Assembly (NCBI GenBank): GCA_028534125.1
Contig: CM052816.1
Coordinates: 85,500,001-85,564,000, forward strand
Reading direction: 5' to 3'
Length of the DNA stretch: 64,000 nt
From: Lama glama
Lineage: Eukaryota
Shown here one piece after another: positions 1-12,853 of the stretch (its first letter is position 1; each line of letters opens with the position of its first letter). The notes under the pieces were generated by a model. It was not told where the DNA came from. It ran no database searches and worked only from the letters and a program-made list of their open reading frames with translations. A program made the position numbers and the translations under genes.

Positions 1-1449
1 GGCACATTTACAGCCCTATTCATTAAAAACAGACAAAACCCCCCAAAAACGAAAGCATCATTATTCTACTGAATGCCAGTATATATTAATCGTGGATAAG
101 AATATTAGGCTTTTCTAGGATTGTGAGCAAAGGACAAAGGGAAGTGGAAAGTAGGAAGTTTGGCAACTCAGGGCGGAGAAGGAAGCATAGATTTCCTTAG
201 GGGAGGCATTTCCTAAGGATAACCAATGGGATAATAAAAGATAAAGTGATAAGATAGCATATAGAAAACCCACTTTTCCCATTTTTCCTAGAACCTATTT
301 AATCTTCTTCATGTATCTGTTAAACACATTCACACATTAATGAAGATAACCATGAAATATAGGTAGACAGATTATGAAAATATAACATACAAAGCTATGA
401 TGATGATGATGTTGATGAGTTTTTCCTGGAAGAAATTTATTCTTCAGTTCTATATTACAATGAAGTTTATTCTCAGGATTTACATGTGCACAGAGTGATT
501 AAAACTTCAGGACCTTGATTACAGTCACTAGCTATACTCCCATTTGAAAGAAGGCACGTGCAGAAGGGAAGAATGAAGAGATCATGTCAGTCACCTCTGG
601 CCAGAGATCTCCAAGAGCCATCCTACCTATTTCTGCCTTTTTTTTTAAAGTGTACAATGTCAAATTACAACTATAACACTACGCATATCAGAGTTTAAGG
701 TCTGTAGCTCTGATGGCTTACATTCTACACATAGATATAGGCACATATCTGTGAGATTTACCTCCTTCAAATTCTTTGCACAAAATGTAAGTTCCATTGA
801 CAATGTCAGTGATACTAAGATGCAATCAATGAGAAATCTTGAACGTATAATACTTATTTTCTTATTTCTCCTAAAATGATGAAAATTCATTGACTATTGA
901 CAGTCAGAATGTCCAAAAATATAGACTTTTTATTATTTGCCATTAACTAGCATCTTGTAAATTCCCTAGCTATGAAAATTACACTGTGAATCTACAGCAC
1001 CAATGCCAAGATAAAACAACAAAAAAAGTATTTTTTAATTTAGTCTTCTTACATTTTTATATGGGATATAATATGATAAATATTGGAAGTTTGTCCAAAT
1101 TAAGTAGATTGGGAAGCTTCTCACATTAAAATGTCTGTTTAGGAGGAAGAGATAGAAGGCGTTTTTTTTCTTTTTCTTGTGTTTTTGTTTTTAACACAGC
1201 TCATCTTCAATGGTCTTCGGTGGTTGAATGGATATTGGAAAAGCACAATTGGTCATTGTGCAGTTATGATCAGTATCACTGCTTTAATTGGCAAATTATA
1301 AATTGAATACATTAAATGGTTTTCAAGAAAGACTACTGATAAATGAGTGTTACCAACATTTTTGAATCCTCCAATGTTCCAATTCATAAGTACATAGACA
1401 GAAAATTTACAATGGCTTAGAACCTTGCTATTCAAAGCACTATCTATTT

Positions 1450-1960
1450 TATTAGTTTCCTCTTGTCAAGCTGTGATAAACTTGCTGACTTAAAATGAAA
1501 TAGATTTGTTGTCTTACAGTTCTGGAGGTCAGAAGTCAGAAAGGGCCCTCACTGGGCTAAAATCAAGGTGTCCGCAGAGACTCAAGCCTTTCTGGAGACT
1601 CTAGAGAAGAATTCATTTCCTTGCTTTTTATAGCTTCTAGACACTGTCCACATTCCTTCACCATAAACCATTGTCTTTCAAGTCAGCAGTGACCAGGCCT
1701 GTACTTCTCATGATGCCATCTGTTTTCTTCTTCTGACTCTTCTACCACCCTTTTCCTCACTTAAGGACCTTTTGGTTACATTGGGTCAAGGGACAAATCC
1801 AAATAATCTCTTTAATTTATAGTCAGATTATTAGCAACTTTAATTCCACCTGTAACCTTAATTTCCTTTTGCCATAAAACATAACATGTTTACAGATTCC
1901 AGAGATTAGTACATGGACATCTTTGTGGCGGGGGTGGGGGGGTCATTTTGTCTACTGTAT
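1450..1960 (-). mobile_element. MaLR LTR (MLT1 family) solo LTR
   Basis: Typical MLT1 motifs: TATTAGTTTCC, TTACAGTTCTGGAGGTCAGAAGTC, GGGCTAAAATCAAGGTGTC, GATTAGTACATGGACATCTTTG. Confidence 0.85.
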
Positions 1961-2027
1961 CTATAAGTAGATAGTATAAACATCAATTATGAACTGGCCA
2001 GAAATGAAAATTATTGACACCTATGCA

Positions 2028-2128
2028 AGACCTACTCATACAGAATCTCTGAAGGTAGGGTCCAGGATTCTATACTTTACCAAGATCTTCAAGTCATTTA
2101 CACTAAAGTTTGGGAAATGATGGTTTAG
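2028..2128. mobile_element. MER5-like hAT-Charlie MITE fragment
   Basis: GACCTACT...CAGAATCTCTG...GGGTCCAGGATTCT...CACTAAAGTTTGGGAAATGATGG resembles the MER5A core. Confidence 0.65.
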
Positions 2129-3404
2129 GAAACATACTTAGGAAGAAGTGACTTTCTTTGTCCAATAAGAATTAGCACCCTAAACTAAAAACATTTAAAG
2201 ATATTAATCTATGCATTTTAGATCTCTTTCCAGCTCTCCCTCTCTAGCTTTTGCATTACTGAACAGAGTCCACTGCCAAATCTTCAACTTCAGTTGCTAC
2301 TGCTGTAGTTTTTCTTTGCCCAACTTCCATTCCATGGTTTGAAAACATTTCATTTATTTCCTCCCTCTCATCTTACCCATTTCAGGGACATCACTGGTGC
2401 TATTGCTGTACTCTCAAATCAAGATTGCACCATGTCAATGTTTTGGAAAATAAATGGTATTGGGGAGTTCTAATCCAGTGTCTGGTTATTACAATTACCT
2501 GCCTGGATATTGGTTTTGTCATTTCAATCTCTACTGCCAGAGAACTGCAGTGCATTTTTATGAATTGTAGCTGGGCATATCAACTTTTTTCCTGATGGAA
2601 ATATCCAAGAAGCCAGATGAAGTCATCATTCAAATTCTGTAAATTTTTTTAAAAATATACTTTAAATTTCTACCATTTGTTATAGAAAGAGTGATTTATA
2701 AGATCATTACATTGAAGATGACAGTTTTAAATGAAACTGAAGAAATAAAATCGCCTTCCCTACTTTGCCACTTCGTCTCATGTTATCAGATATTTACTAT
2801 CTAATTAATTCCATATCATGAAGCTTTGTTTTTTTCTTTGTCACTCAAATAAATACATTGATTTGAATCCTTTCTCAAAGTAAATTGTTGTCTATGTGAC
2901 ATTAGGCAACATGTTTAGGGTCTGCAGGAACCTAAGAGGCAGAGATGCCAATGTTTACATAAAGCCCTGACAGTCTCTAAATGACTTATTAAATGTCAGA
3001 GCAAACATTTCCACTTGTTGATTGAAAAGAAGACCCCCACATTCTCATAAAAGTACAGAGCATCAGATCTTGCTTGGCACTCAGTGAAGAAGTGTATGTC
3101 ACAGCCATGCTGACCAGACATCCTGTTTGCATTATGGGACAAACACCTTTATGACTCAACTGATTTATTACGTTATTCCTGCAAGAAATTTGGGGCCCAA
3201 TGTAATATCTAGTAAAAACAACAATAACATAGTTCAGGGAATATTTCTAGCTAATTTTCTAGGAAAAGAAAAATAAGCATGATTTCTAGCCAGAGGATCT
3301 TTAAATCAGGAACACAGATCATGGAATATCTAAAAACAACAGAAAAAGGGTTCAGTCATTTTATCTCATCTAATCTCCACTAGCAGCAATAACAACAACA
3401 AAAG

Positions 3405-3600
3405 CTATGCTGTCTTGAATTTTCCTGAATCTTTATCAAGTTTCTCAAATGCCCTTAGCTTTTATTCTCTCACATATGACAGAGAATTAGTGCTGACTTC
3501 ACGAAGTTATTTTGAAAAATAAATGAAATCATATTGTAGATAAAACCCACAGAAGATTGCTTAGCATACAATAACTCCTCAATAAATACTAATCACAATC
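3405..3600 (+). mobile_element. MIR SINE relic
   Basis: Degenerate MIR core and a 3' end of the form GCTTAGCATACAATAACTCCTCAATAAATACT. Confidence 0.5.
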
Positions 3601-3654
3601 ATACAACATATCATTACTGTTGCTTTTGTTATTTTATTTTATTCTCTTTTTATT

Positions 3655-3702
3655 CTTAGTTTTATTTAATTTTTAAAATAAAAAAAAATTGTATCTATTT
3701 AA
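3655..3702 (-). mobile_element. L1MA-type 3' terminus, left part (split by insertion)
   Basis: T-rich tract then AAAAATTGTATCTATTTAA, matching the antisense L1MA end AAAAATTGTATATATTTAAGGTGTACAAC; continues at 5129. Confidence 0.65.
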
Positions 3703-3949
3703 AGAGACAGGAGCTGTCTCTACCGGCCATTTTGGCTGATAGCTCTGCTCTGGAGCACCTTTTCCTCGCTGGAATGCTTTTCTTCCCTTCTCCCTGTTCA
3801 AGCGCTTTCCTTCTTTTTCCTCTTTTGAGAAATAAAGCAGTTTTCACTCAATCCTTCTGCCTCAGCTGTGGATTCTCCCCTGCCAGCAGGTAAGAACCCA
3901 CCTTTTGAGGGATTCCCCATTCTAAGGGGAAGTCTTCCATCCGCTAATA
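3703..3949 (+). mobile_element. ERV LTR 3' portion (R-U5 only)
   Basis: Pyrimidine-rich R-like tract, AATAAA at 3831-3836, then U5-like GATTCTCCCCTGCCAGCAGGTAAGAACCC; no U3 upstream. Confidence 0.6.
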
Positions 3950-4842
3950 CCTTCTGCCCATGGAGCCTCAGTTTGCGTATTAATAAAGTGAGGCATCTGA
4001 TGTGATGCTCTCTAAGGGGCAAAGTGAGGGCCTGGCCAACTGGGTTTGCCACTCAGGCCCCATGGGCATGAGGGCAGAGGTCCTCACTCCGCCATTCCCT
4101 TTTACTTTCTTGACCTCTTCTGATGTAGCACCTTATTTTCAACTGACATCCATAAAGACACCACATTATAGCTCTTCTAATGATGGGGGAGGGCGTGACT
4201 GCCCACCAGCCTCATTCAATCAAGCCAGCCGTGCTCCCGGAAGTGTACCTGACTCTGGCCTGAAGGCCTGGTGCAGGGCAGAAGTCTGACCAAGACAAGA
4301 AGCGGGGAGATGTCCAACCCCACTTTCGACCACACCCACCTCCCAGATGGACCCATCTCTGGAGCAATGCCATCTCCTATTCTGGACCAAACTAAATTCC
4401 TCTACCTAGTCTAGTTGGAGCCTGGTGTTTTTCAAATGTTTCTCACTTAAAATCTTAGTCCTCACAGTAACAACAAGAAGAGGCATTCCAACCCATTTCT
4501 CAGAGCAGAACCCAGGGTCTTGGTGGGAATAAGGAATTTTCCCAAGGTCTCACAAGACCTCTCCTCCATCTGCAGAAATAACTGGTAAATCTGCTGACCT
4601 AGGTCTGGGCGGTTTGTCTGTGTGGTTGGGGTTGTGGCAGAGGCAGAAGGGAGGATACTTCGTTCTTCCTTCTGCTCCATCTAGGCCATAGGTGGAGTCC
4701 AAAGGGGTGGAAAACAGGCCAGCTCAGGTGGAAGTCATCTCTCACTCGCCAGCTCCCTGAGGGCTGAGCAGAAGGGAGGTATCTTCCCTGCCCAGCTCTG
4801 CCAGAAATCTGGGTGTCCTGAGACCAGTGAGTGATGGAGGAG

Positions 4843-4863
4843 GTGTGTGTGTGTGTGTGTGTG
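4843..4863. repeat. (GT)n microsatellite
   Basis: Direct observation. Confidence 0.95.
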
Positions 4864-5128
4864 GAGTACTCCATGTGATAAACCATTCTCTTTTCTCATT
4901 TTAAAGATCAGAGGGCACTTGGTGAGCTCTCCTTTGTTCCAATGGAAACAGAAAACCAAAAAAGCCCAGTAGGGGTTGGCCAAACTTTCCTTTGTCCTCT
5001 TGGGCCAGGAGGCTGAATGGGAGGACTATGCAAAGTGGTGGGGTGGGGCAGGGCCCCCCATAAGAGCAACAGATCAGCAGAAGGGGAAACAGGACAGGAC
5101 TTTAGCCAAAACACTAAAAACAAAACCC

Positions 5129-5210
5129 TAATGTGTACAACATAATGATACATATGCATAGTGAAATGATTTGTCTAATTAATCAGCGTATCTTTTCACA
5201 TAGTTACATA
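5129..5210 (-). mobile_element. L1MA-type 3' terminus, right part
   Basis: GTGTACAACATAATGATA...GTGAAATGATT...CACATAGTTAC matches the antisense L1MA 3' UTR end. Confidence 0.7.
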
Positions 5211-5535
5211 TAAATACCCAACAGGTACATGAACAATACTCAATAGCACTACAGGGAAATACAAATCAAAACCACAGTAAGAAATCACATCATTCCTCTC
5301 AGAATAGCTATTACCAAAAATAAACAAATAGAAGATAGCAAGTGTTGGCAAGGATGTGGAGAAAACGGAACCATTACACACTGTTGGTGGGGGGTGTAAA
5401 TTGGTACAGCCATTATGGAAAATGGTATGCAGTTTCCTCAAAAACCTGAAAATTGAACTAAGACATAATCCAGCAATCCTTCTTCTGCATATATACCTAA
5501 AGGAAATGAAATCAGTGCCTCAAAAAGATGTCTGG
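5211..5535 (+). mobile_element. L1 ORF2 C-terminal fragment (opposite orientation to adjacent 3' end)
   Basis: CAAATCAAAACCACAG...GTGTTGGCAAGGATGTGGAGAAA...TACACACTGTTGGTGG...CCAGCAATCC encodes the decayed cysteine-rich ORF2 end. Confidence 0.9.
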
Positions 5536-6617
5536 GTTTTTTTTTTTCATTTTAGCACAGAAATATGCATTTATTTCCATGATTTCTGTCATTTGATCCT
5601 TCTTTCTATGAGGATTTTTGAAAATTAAATAAAGGAGAAGTAAGGAAATTTAGGAGTGGAATTCATTGGTTTTAAAAAGGTATTAATTCCTAATATCTCC
5701 CTATCTCTTGTTGCCTAAATTAAGAACAAAAACAACAAAAAACAAAACAAAAACAAACTTTCCCTTTTTGTAACATGATTTAAAGACTCTTCATTAACTG
5801 TTTTTTTCTATCACTACTTTTCTCTTTGCTTTCCAATCTGATCCCAACCTCTAGCGCCATCCAAATCTTTTTTATCATTTCATTCCTGTCAGTTGACACT
5901 GTTTTCTCTCACTAGCCCTGCTTTCCCCTCAAATCAAGCTTCTAAATTGCATTTTGAGTTTTACAAAACACAGCATGAAATTATTTAAACATGAAGAACA
6001 ATTTCTTTCTCATACAGATCTTCAGTGATTTAAAACTTGCTTATTTCAAGGAATTCAGAGAAATACATTTTTAAAGGCATTTCTTCCTCAATGATGAGTG
6101 CATATCTACTTAAAAAAACAAAAGCACTAAGGAAATGTCACAGAAGAGTCATCTTATTTGAATAAGTCTATTTTTTCATACCTAACAAATAACCACACTT
6201 CAATTTTCTATTTCTCTATCTTGTTTAAGGGATTCTCTGACAGTAATAGGAACTCTCTGGAAAACAGACAGTAATAGTCAGTCCTGAATTACTATGGCAG
6301 GATAAACTTAAAATGAACTTAGAGAAATAAAAGTTTATTCATTATTTAGTATCATATGATAAATACTTTGAACAAAACATAAAATAGAACAAGAAAGCAT
6401 GTCGCAAACCAAAATATTAAGTTAATACATGAAGAAAATCACTTTTTCAAAGAATATTATCAACGTCAGTGGAAATAGTCAATTTTCTTAGAAGTTCCTT
6501 GCTTTCAAGTCACTAAAAATTTGAATTAAAAGTTCACAAATTTAAAAGAAAATGAGAAAATTGTTTTTGTCCATTCTACACATTTATTCAAAATAAAAGG
6601 TCATCAGTTGGTATGTT

Positions 6618-6651
6618 TGTGTGTGCATGTGAGTGTGTGTGTGTGTGTGTG
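6618..6651. repeat. (TG)n microsatellite, imperfect
   Basis: Direct observation. Confidence 0.9.
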
Positions 6652-7334
6652 AGATAGCTCTGTTGTTACCATAATGCAGGATCTATGAGCGTAAAGATGA
6701 TTTATTGCTATGTACTACTCAGTCTCACAACCAGAAAGATAAGTGGACTAACTTGAACAACAAAAAAGGTAATATTGTTTTTAGTCTTATTTTTAGGACT
6801 ATAATAAATTATCAGGATTCTAAAGTTTTAAAATTATTTTCTGACCTAGGCCACCTTTAGGCAACCCAGAACTTGATAATACCATGTCTAAGTTTCTGCC
6901 TCTTTCTTCCTTCCCCCACCCTAAAACCTATCTGTTCCAGTTTTCATTTGACATGCCCTGTATCTCCATAAATTATAATATGACAATTAGTCAATCTACT
7001 GTAGCAAAGAGACTAAAATTTAGGTTTAACTTTAATAATTACCAATATTCTCCTTTTTAATAGGAGCCTTGTTGCTCAAGTTTATACTGATAAAATCATG
7101 TTTTATAATCATCATGTGTGAAACATCAATGTATTTTTCCTGTGGGTGAATCTTGTCATTGCACGTTTTTTTAAAATTCTTAGAAAGCAAACCATTAAAT
7201 TAAAGAACATGTCCTACTTTTTCCTGAGTCAGAATTAACTACTGCATTGCCAATAGATAGACATGTAAGGGGGAAATTCAAAGTGATACATTTTTATGTT
7301 AGATTTTTGTGAAAACAGATTGGTATCTGTCAGG

Positions 7335-7413
7335 TTCAATGTCAAATCTCCATACCACAGCACAGTTGCTGGCACAAATTTGATCTTCTATAAGTACTTG
7401 ACAATTGAATGAC
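7335..7413 (+). mobile_element. L2 3' end relic
   Basis: CAGCACAGTTGCTGGCACAAAT...ATAAGTACTTGACAATTGAATGA resembles the L2 terminus. Confidence 0.5.
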
Positions 7414-8164
7414 TTTGATTATTCTCTCATCAGTGTATCATTTGGTACAATCCTTCAGGGCACTGCCACTACCATATAAAGGGATGAAGAGCAGCAGGAT
7501 ACGGCTGGGGAAAAGAAACCAAATCCAGAAATCTGTTAGGGTAAGGGAGTTCTGGCAGATTCCAATGGTGGGCATACAAGAAATTAATTATATAGAACTG
7601 AATATGTCTAAAAATATCAGGAGGGGAATGTTGAACCAAGCAGGCAAGAAATTCAGTTTAGAAAATTCAGGGAAGGTCAGACAACTACCAATCTATCTAT
7701 GGAGTCCTCTGTTTTAGTCTGTATATTTAGTTTGAGCAAAGGTCACCAAGAGGATTTTGACAAGTGGAAAGTAGCTATCAGAAAAGTAGAATAAAATGAG
7801 AATTTCATTTCACAAATTACACATTTGGATCTGTCAAATTACATATTTATACCTGGGAAAGAAGTAACAACTGTTTATATCAATACCAGTTCAGTTACAG
7901 AAATTAGTCCAACTATTTATTATACTGTGGTTTCTAATGAGATTTTGTGATTTTTTAAATATGGATTCTCATAAACAGATTAAAGAGTACTAACAATGAC
8001 ATTGACAACATTATTCTATTGAAAAACAATTCATCTTTTAGAGTTTTCTGTATTAACACAGGGCAATGAAATAACAATCAAATGCATTTCAGTAAAAGCA
8101 TTTCCATGAGGGGTTAAAGTATGTAGCCCATGTTAGTAGGTTTCTATAATAACCTAGTTTAATT

Positions 8165-8960
8165 CAAAAACACAGGAAAGAAATATATAAAAACAACATT
8201 TTCAAAGCATTGGCAATCAGGCAACGGAGAGCAATAATCTCTGAGAGACAGAAAACAAGGTGAGCCCTGCAATTGCCCCAGGCTATTGCTCAGTGAGTAC
8301 TTCCAGATCACAGCAGATTCCTTAAGTAAGGCCATGTAACAGAGAGCACAGGGAAACAAAGGTGCTTTAGTGTGCAAGGCAGAGTGCCAGAGAAGAGAGA
8401 AAAGCAGTGAGAGAAAAATTCAAAAATCTATAACCAGTCCCCTCAAGTATTTAACAATGGAGGCCTGTGAGGAAACTATCTTGGTCTGAAGAAAAAAACC
8501 ACTCATAAGAATTAGAAAGAATTTAGAGAAGGTTATGATTCATAGCCTGTAGGTAGAGTACTCAGAAAGATTCTGCTTCAGTAGAGGTGAATAATTAGTC
8601 CTAGACTACTGTCTGTTCTAGTCTCAGCTAACAAACTTTAAAAGCAAATCTCAAAAGAATCAGTTTTTCCAAGTAACTTAACTACATTTCAGAACAAAGT
8701 GCAATAGCACTTAGAGGAGCACTAAAATATTCTGCAACTAACAAGGTGCAAAATTCATAATATCTGCAGTGTAATCGAAACTTACCAGACATGCAAAAAC
8801 AGTAGGAAAATATAACCCATATGAGGAAAAAAGCAAATAAATAGAAAGAGACCAAGATTGAAACAGATGTTAAAATTGTTATAACCTTATTCCATATGTT
8901 CAAAAAGCTAGACATTACAATGAACAGCAAAAGAATAAACATGAAGATGTAAAAGAAGAC
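8165..8960 (+). mobile_element. Ancient L1M (L1MC/MD-type) 5' UTR and ORF1 start
   Basis: TCTCTGAGAGACAGAAAACAAGGTGAGCCCTGCAATTGCCCCAGGCT and AAACTTACCAGACATGCAAAAA..GAAAATATAACCCAT are typical old L1 5' region motifs. Confidence 0.7.
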
Positions 8961-11900
8961 ACCAAATCATAAAATGCGGGAGAGGAGGGCAAGAAAATGT
9001 AGACTTCTTTGTTGTTATTTTTTAGAATGTGTTTGAGCCTATATGATTACCAGGTTAAAGCAAATAGATATAGTAATGGGTTAACATACTTGAAAAACAA
9101 AGTAGCCACAAATCAAGCATACAACAGAGTCACAAAAACCAAAAAGAAAACAAACCAAGCTAATTAAAAAGAAAATTATCAAACCATAAAAGGAAAAATA
9201 AAAGAAAGGAACAGAGAAGAAATACAAAATCAACTGGAAAACAAGGTTTAAAATGGCAATAAACAAACACCTATCAATAATCACTGTAAATGTCAATGGA
9301 CTAAATGCACCAGTCAAAAGACATAGACTGGTAGTCTGGATAACAAAACAAGAGCCTACAATTTGCTTCCTACAAGAAACTCACTTTAGGGTAAAGGACA
9401 CACATAGACTGAAAGTGATAGAATGGAAAAAAAATTTCATGCAAATGGAAATGACAAGAAAGCAGGGATAGCAATACTTTTATTAGACAAAATAGACTTT
9501 AAAACAAAGACCATAAAGAAATATAAAGAAGGATGCTATATAATGATCAAAGAAGCAATACAAGAAAAAGATATTATACTCGTTAATATATATGCACCTA
9601 ATATAGGAGATCCTAAATACACAGAAAAAATACTAACAGACATAAAGGTAGAAACTGATGGGACCATAATAATAGGAGAATTTAGCATCCCACTAACATC
9701 ATTAGACAGATCTTCCAGACCGAAAATCAATAAGGCAATAGTGATACTAAATGACACAGACTAAGCAAAGACTAAGTTAGATTTGGCTGATATTTTTAGG
9801 ACATTACATCCCCCTAAAACAGAGAATTCATTTTTTTCAAGTGCATGGAACAACTCCAGGATTAACCACATACTAGGACACAAAAATCCTCAACAACTTT
9901 AAGAAGATAGAAATTATTTCAAGCATCTTTTCTGACCACAATGGTATAAAAGTAGAAATAACCACAGAAAGAAAAATGAGAAAGTGACTGCATGGAGACT
10001 AAATAGCATGCTACTAAAAAAACAATGGGTCAACAATGAAATCAAAGAGATAATTAAGAAACACCTTGAGATAAATGACAATGAAAATACAACCATACAA
10101 AATCTATGGGATGCAGCTAAAGCAGTCCTAAGAGGGAAGTTAATAGTGATACAGGCTGTCCTCAAAAAATAAGAACAATCTCAAATATTGTAACCTACCA
10201 CCTAAAAAAATTAGAAAAAGAAGAACAAACAAAACCTCAAGTTAAGAGAGGAAAAGAAATAATAAAGATCAGGGAAGAAATAAAATAGAGACAAAAAATA
10301 GAGAAAAAGCTATCAAACCAAGAGCTGGTTTTTTGAAAGAGTAAACAAAATTGACAAACATCTGGCCAGAATCACCAAGAAGAAAAGAGAGAAGACTCAA
10401 ATAAACAGAGTAAGAAATGAAAGAGGAGAAATTACAATGAACACCACAGAAATATAAAAAATCATAAAAGAAAACTATGAACACCTATATGGCAACAAAT
10501 TGAACAATGCAGAAGAATTGGACAAGTTTCTAGAAACACAGAGTCCACCAAAACTGAATCAAGAAGAAATAGGATCATTTGAACAGACCAATCACTAGAA
10601 GTAAATAGAATCAGCAAAAAAACACTCCCTACATATAAGAGTCCACGACCAGATGGCTTCACTGGGGAATTTTACCAAACATACAAAGCAAAACTTATAC
10701 CAATCCTTCTCAAACTTTTCCAAAAGATTGAAGAAAACAGAACGCTCCCAAAGTCATTCTATGAAGCCACCATCACCCTGATACCAAAACCAGAAAAAAA
10801 AAAAAAAGGACACTACCAAACAAAGAATATTATAGACCAATACCCTTGATGAATATAGACACAAAAATTCTCAACAAAATATTAGCAAACAGAATCCAAC
10901 AACACATAAAAAAGATTATACACTACAATCAATTTGTATTCTTCCCAGGGACACAAGGGTGGTCCAACATGTGCAACTTGATCATTGTGATACACGACAT
11001 CAAAAAGAGAAAAAACAAAATCACACAATCATCTTAATAGATGCAGCAAAAGCATTTGAAAATTCAACATTCATTCATAAAAAAAACTCTTACCAAAGTG
11101 GGTATAGAGGGAACATATCTCAACATAATAAAGCTAATTATAACAAACCCACAGCCAACATAATCTCAAAGGTGAAAAGTTGAAAGTCTTCCTGCTAAAA
11201 TCTGAAACAAGACAAGGATACCCTACTCACCACTTCTATTCAAAAAGTATTGGAAATCTTAGCCATAGAAATCATACCAGAAAAATAAACAAAAGGGATC
11301 CAAATTGGAAGGGAAGAGATAAAATTGTTACTATATGCAGATGATATAATACTACACATAGAAAACCCTGAAGATTCCACACAAAAACTACTGGAGATGA
11401 TAAACAAATTCAGCAGAGTAGCAGGATACAAGATTAACACACAGAGATCTGTTGCATTTCTTTAAACTAACAATGAAACATCAGAAAAGGAAAGATAAAA
11501 AAGCAAACAATCCCTTTTAAAATTGTATCAGAAAATACTAAGGAATAACCTGACCAAGAAGTTGAAAGAATTATATGTAGAGAATGATAAAACATTGATT
11601 AAGGAAATAAAGGATGATTTAAAGAAATGGAAAGATATCCCATGCTCTTGGATTGGAAGCACTGATATTGTTGAAATGGCCATACTATCCAAAGCAATCC
11701 ACAGATTTAATGCAATTGTTATCAAATTTCCTAAGACATTTTTTTTCACAGAAATAGAACAAAAAAAATGCCAAAATTTATATGGCATCACAAAAGACCC
11801 AGAATTGCTGAAGCAAATACTGAAGAAAAAGAATAAAGCTAGAGGAATAATCCTCCCAGACTTCAGAAAATACTACATAGATACAGTAATTAAAATAGCT

Positions 11901-12252
11901 TGATATTGGCACAAAAACAGACATACGGATCAATGGAAAAGAGTAGAGAGCCCAGAAATAAACCCACACACTTATGGTCAATTAATCTTCAATAAAGGAG
12001 GCAAGAATATACAATGAAGAAAAGACAGTCTTTTGGCAAGTTGTGTTGGGGAAACAGGGCAGTTGCATATAAATCAATGAAGTGAGCACTCCCTCACACC
12101 ATACACAAAAATAAACTTAAAATGGCTTAAAGACTTAAACATAAGACAAGACACTATAAACCTCTTAGAAGAAAACATAGGCAAAACATTCTCTGACATA
12201 AATCATGGCAATGTTCTCCTAGGGCAGTCTACCCAGGCAATAGAAATAAAAA

Positions 12253-12352
12253 NNNNNNNNNNNNNNNNNNNNNNNNNNNNNNNNNNNNNNNNNNNNNNNN
12301 NNNNNNNNNNNNNNNNNNNNNNNNNNNNNNNNNNNNNNNNNNNNNNNNNNNN
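12253..12352. other. Assembly gap (100 N)
   Basis: Run of N. Confidence 1.
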
Positions 12353-12853
12353 AAATGTCCATCAACAGGTGACTGGATAAAGAAGATGTGGTATATTTAT
12401 ACAATGGAATAATATTCAGCCATAAAAACTGACAACATAACGCCATTTGCGGCAACATGGATGTTCCTGGAAAATGTCATTCTAAGTGAAGTAAGCCAGA
12501 AAGAGAAAGCAAAATACCATATGAGATCACTCATATGTGGAATCTAAAAACAAAACAAAACAAAACATAAATACAAAACAGAAACAGACTCATAGATATA
12601 GAATACAAACTTGTGGTTGCCAAGGGGGTCGGGGTGGGAAGGGACAGACTGGGATTTCAAAATGTAGAACAGATAAACAAGATTATTCTGTATAGCACAG
12701 GGAAATATATACAAGATCTTATGGTAGCTCACAGAGAAAAAAATGTGACAATGTATATATATATGTTCATGTATAACTGAAAAATTTTGCTCTACACTGG
12801 AATTTGACGCAACATTGTAAGATGATTATAACTCAATAAAAATGTTAAAAAAA
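12353..12853 (+). mobile_element. Young camelid-type L1 3' end nested within the older L1 ORF2
   Basis: ORF2 terminus plus 3' UTR (GGGGTGGGAAGGGACAGACTGGGATTTCAAAATGTAG...CTCAATAAAAATGTTAAAAAAA); host ORF2 resumes at 12854 (TGGTACCTAATT...AAGCTTTTACATAGCAAAGG). Confidence 0.88.
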
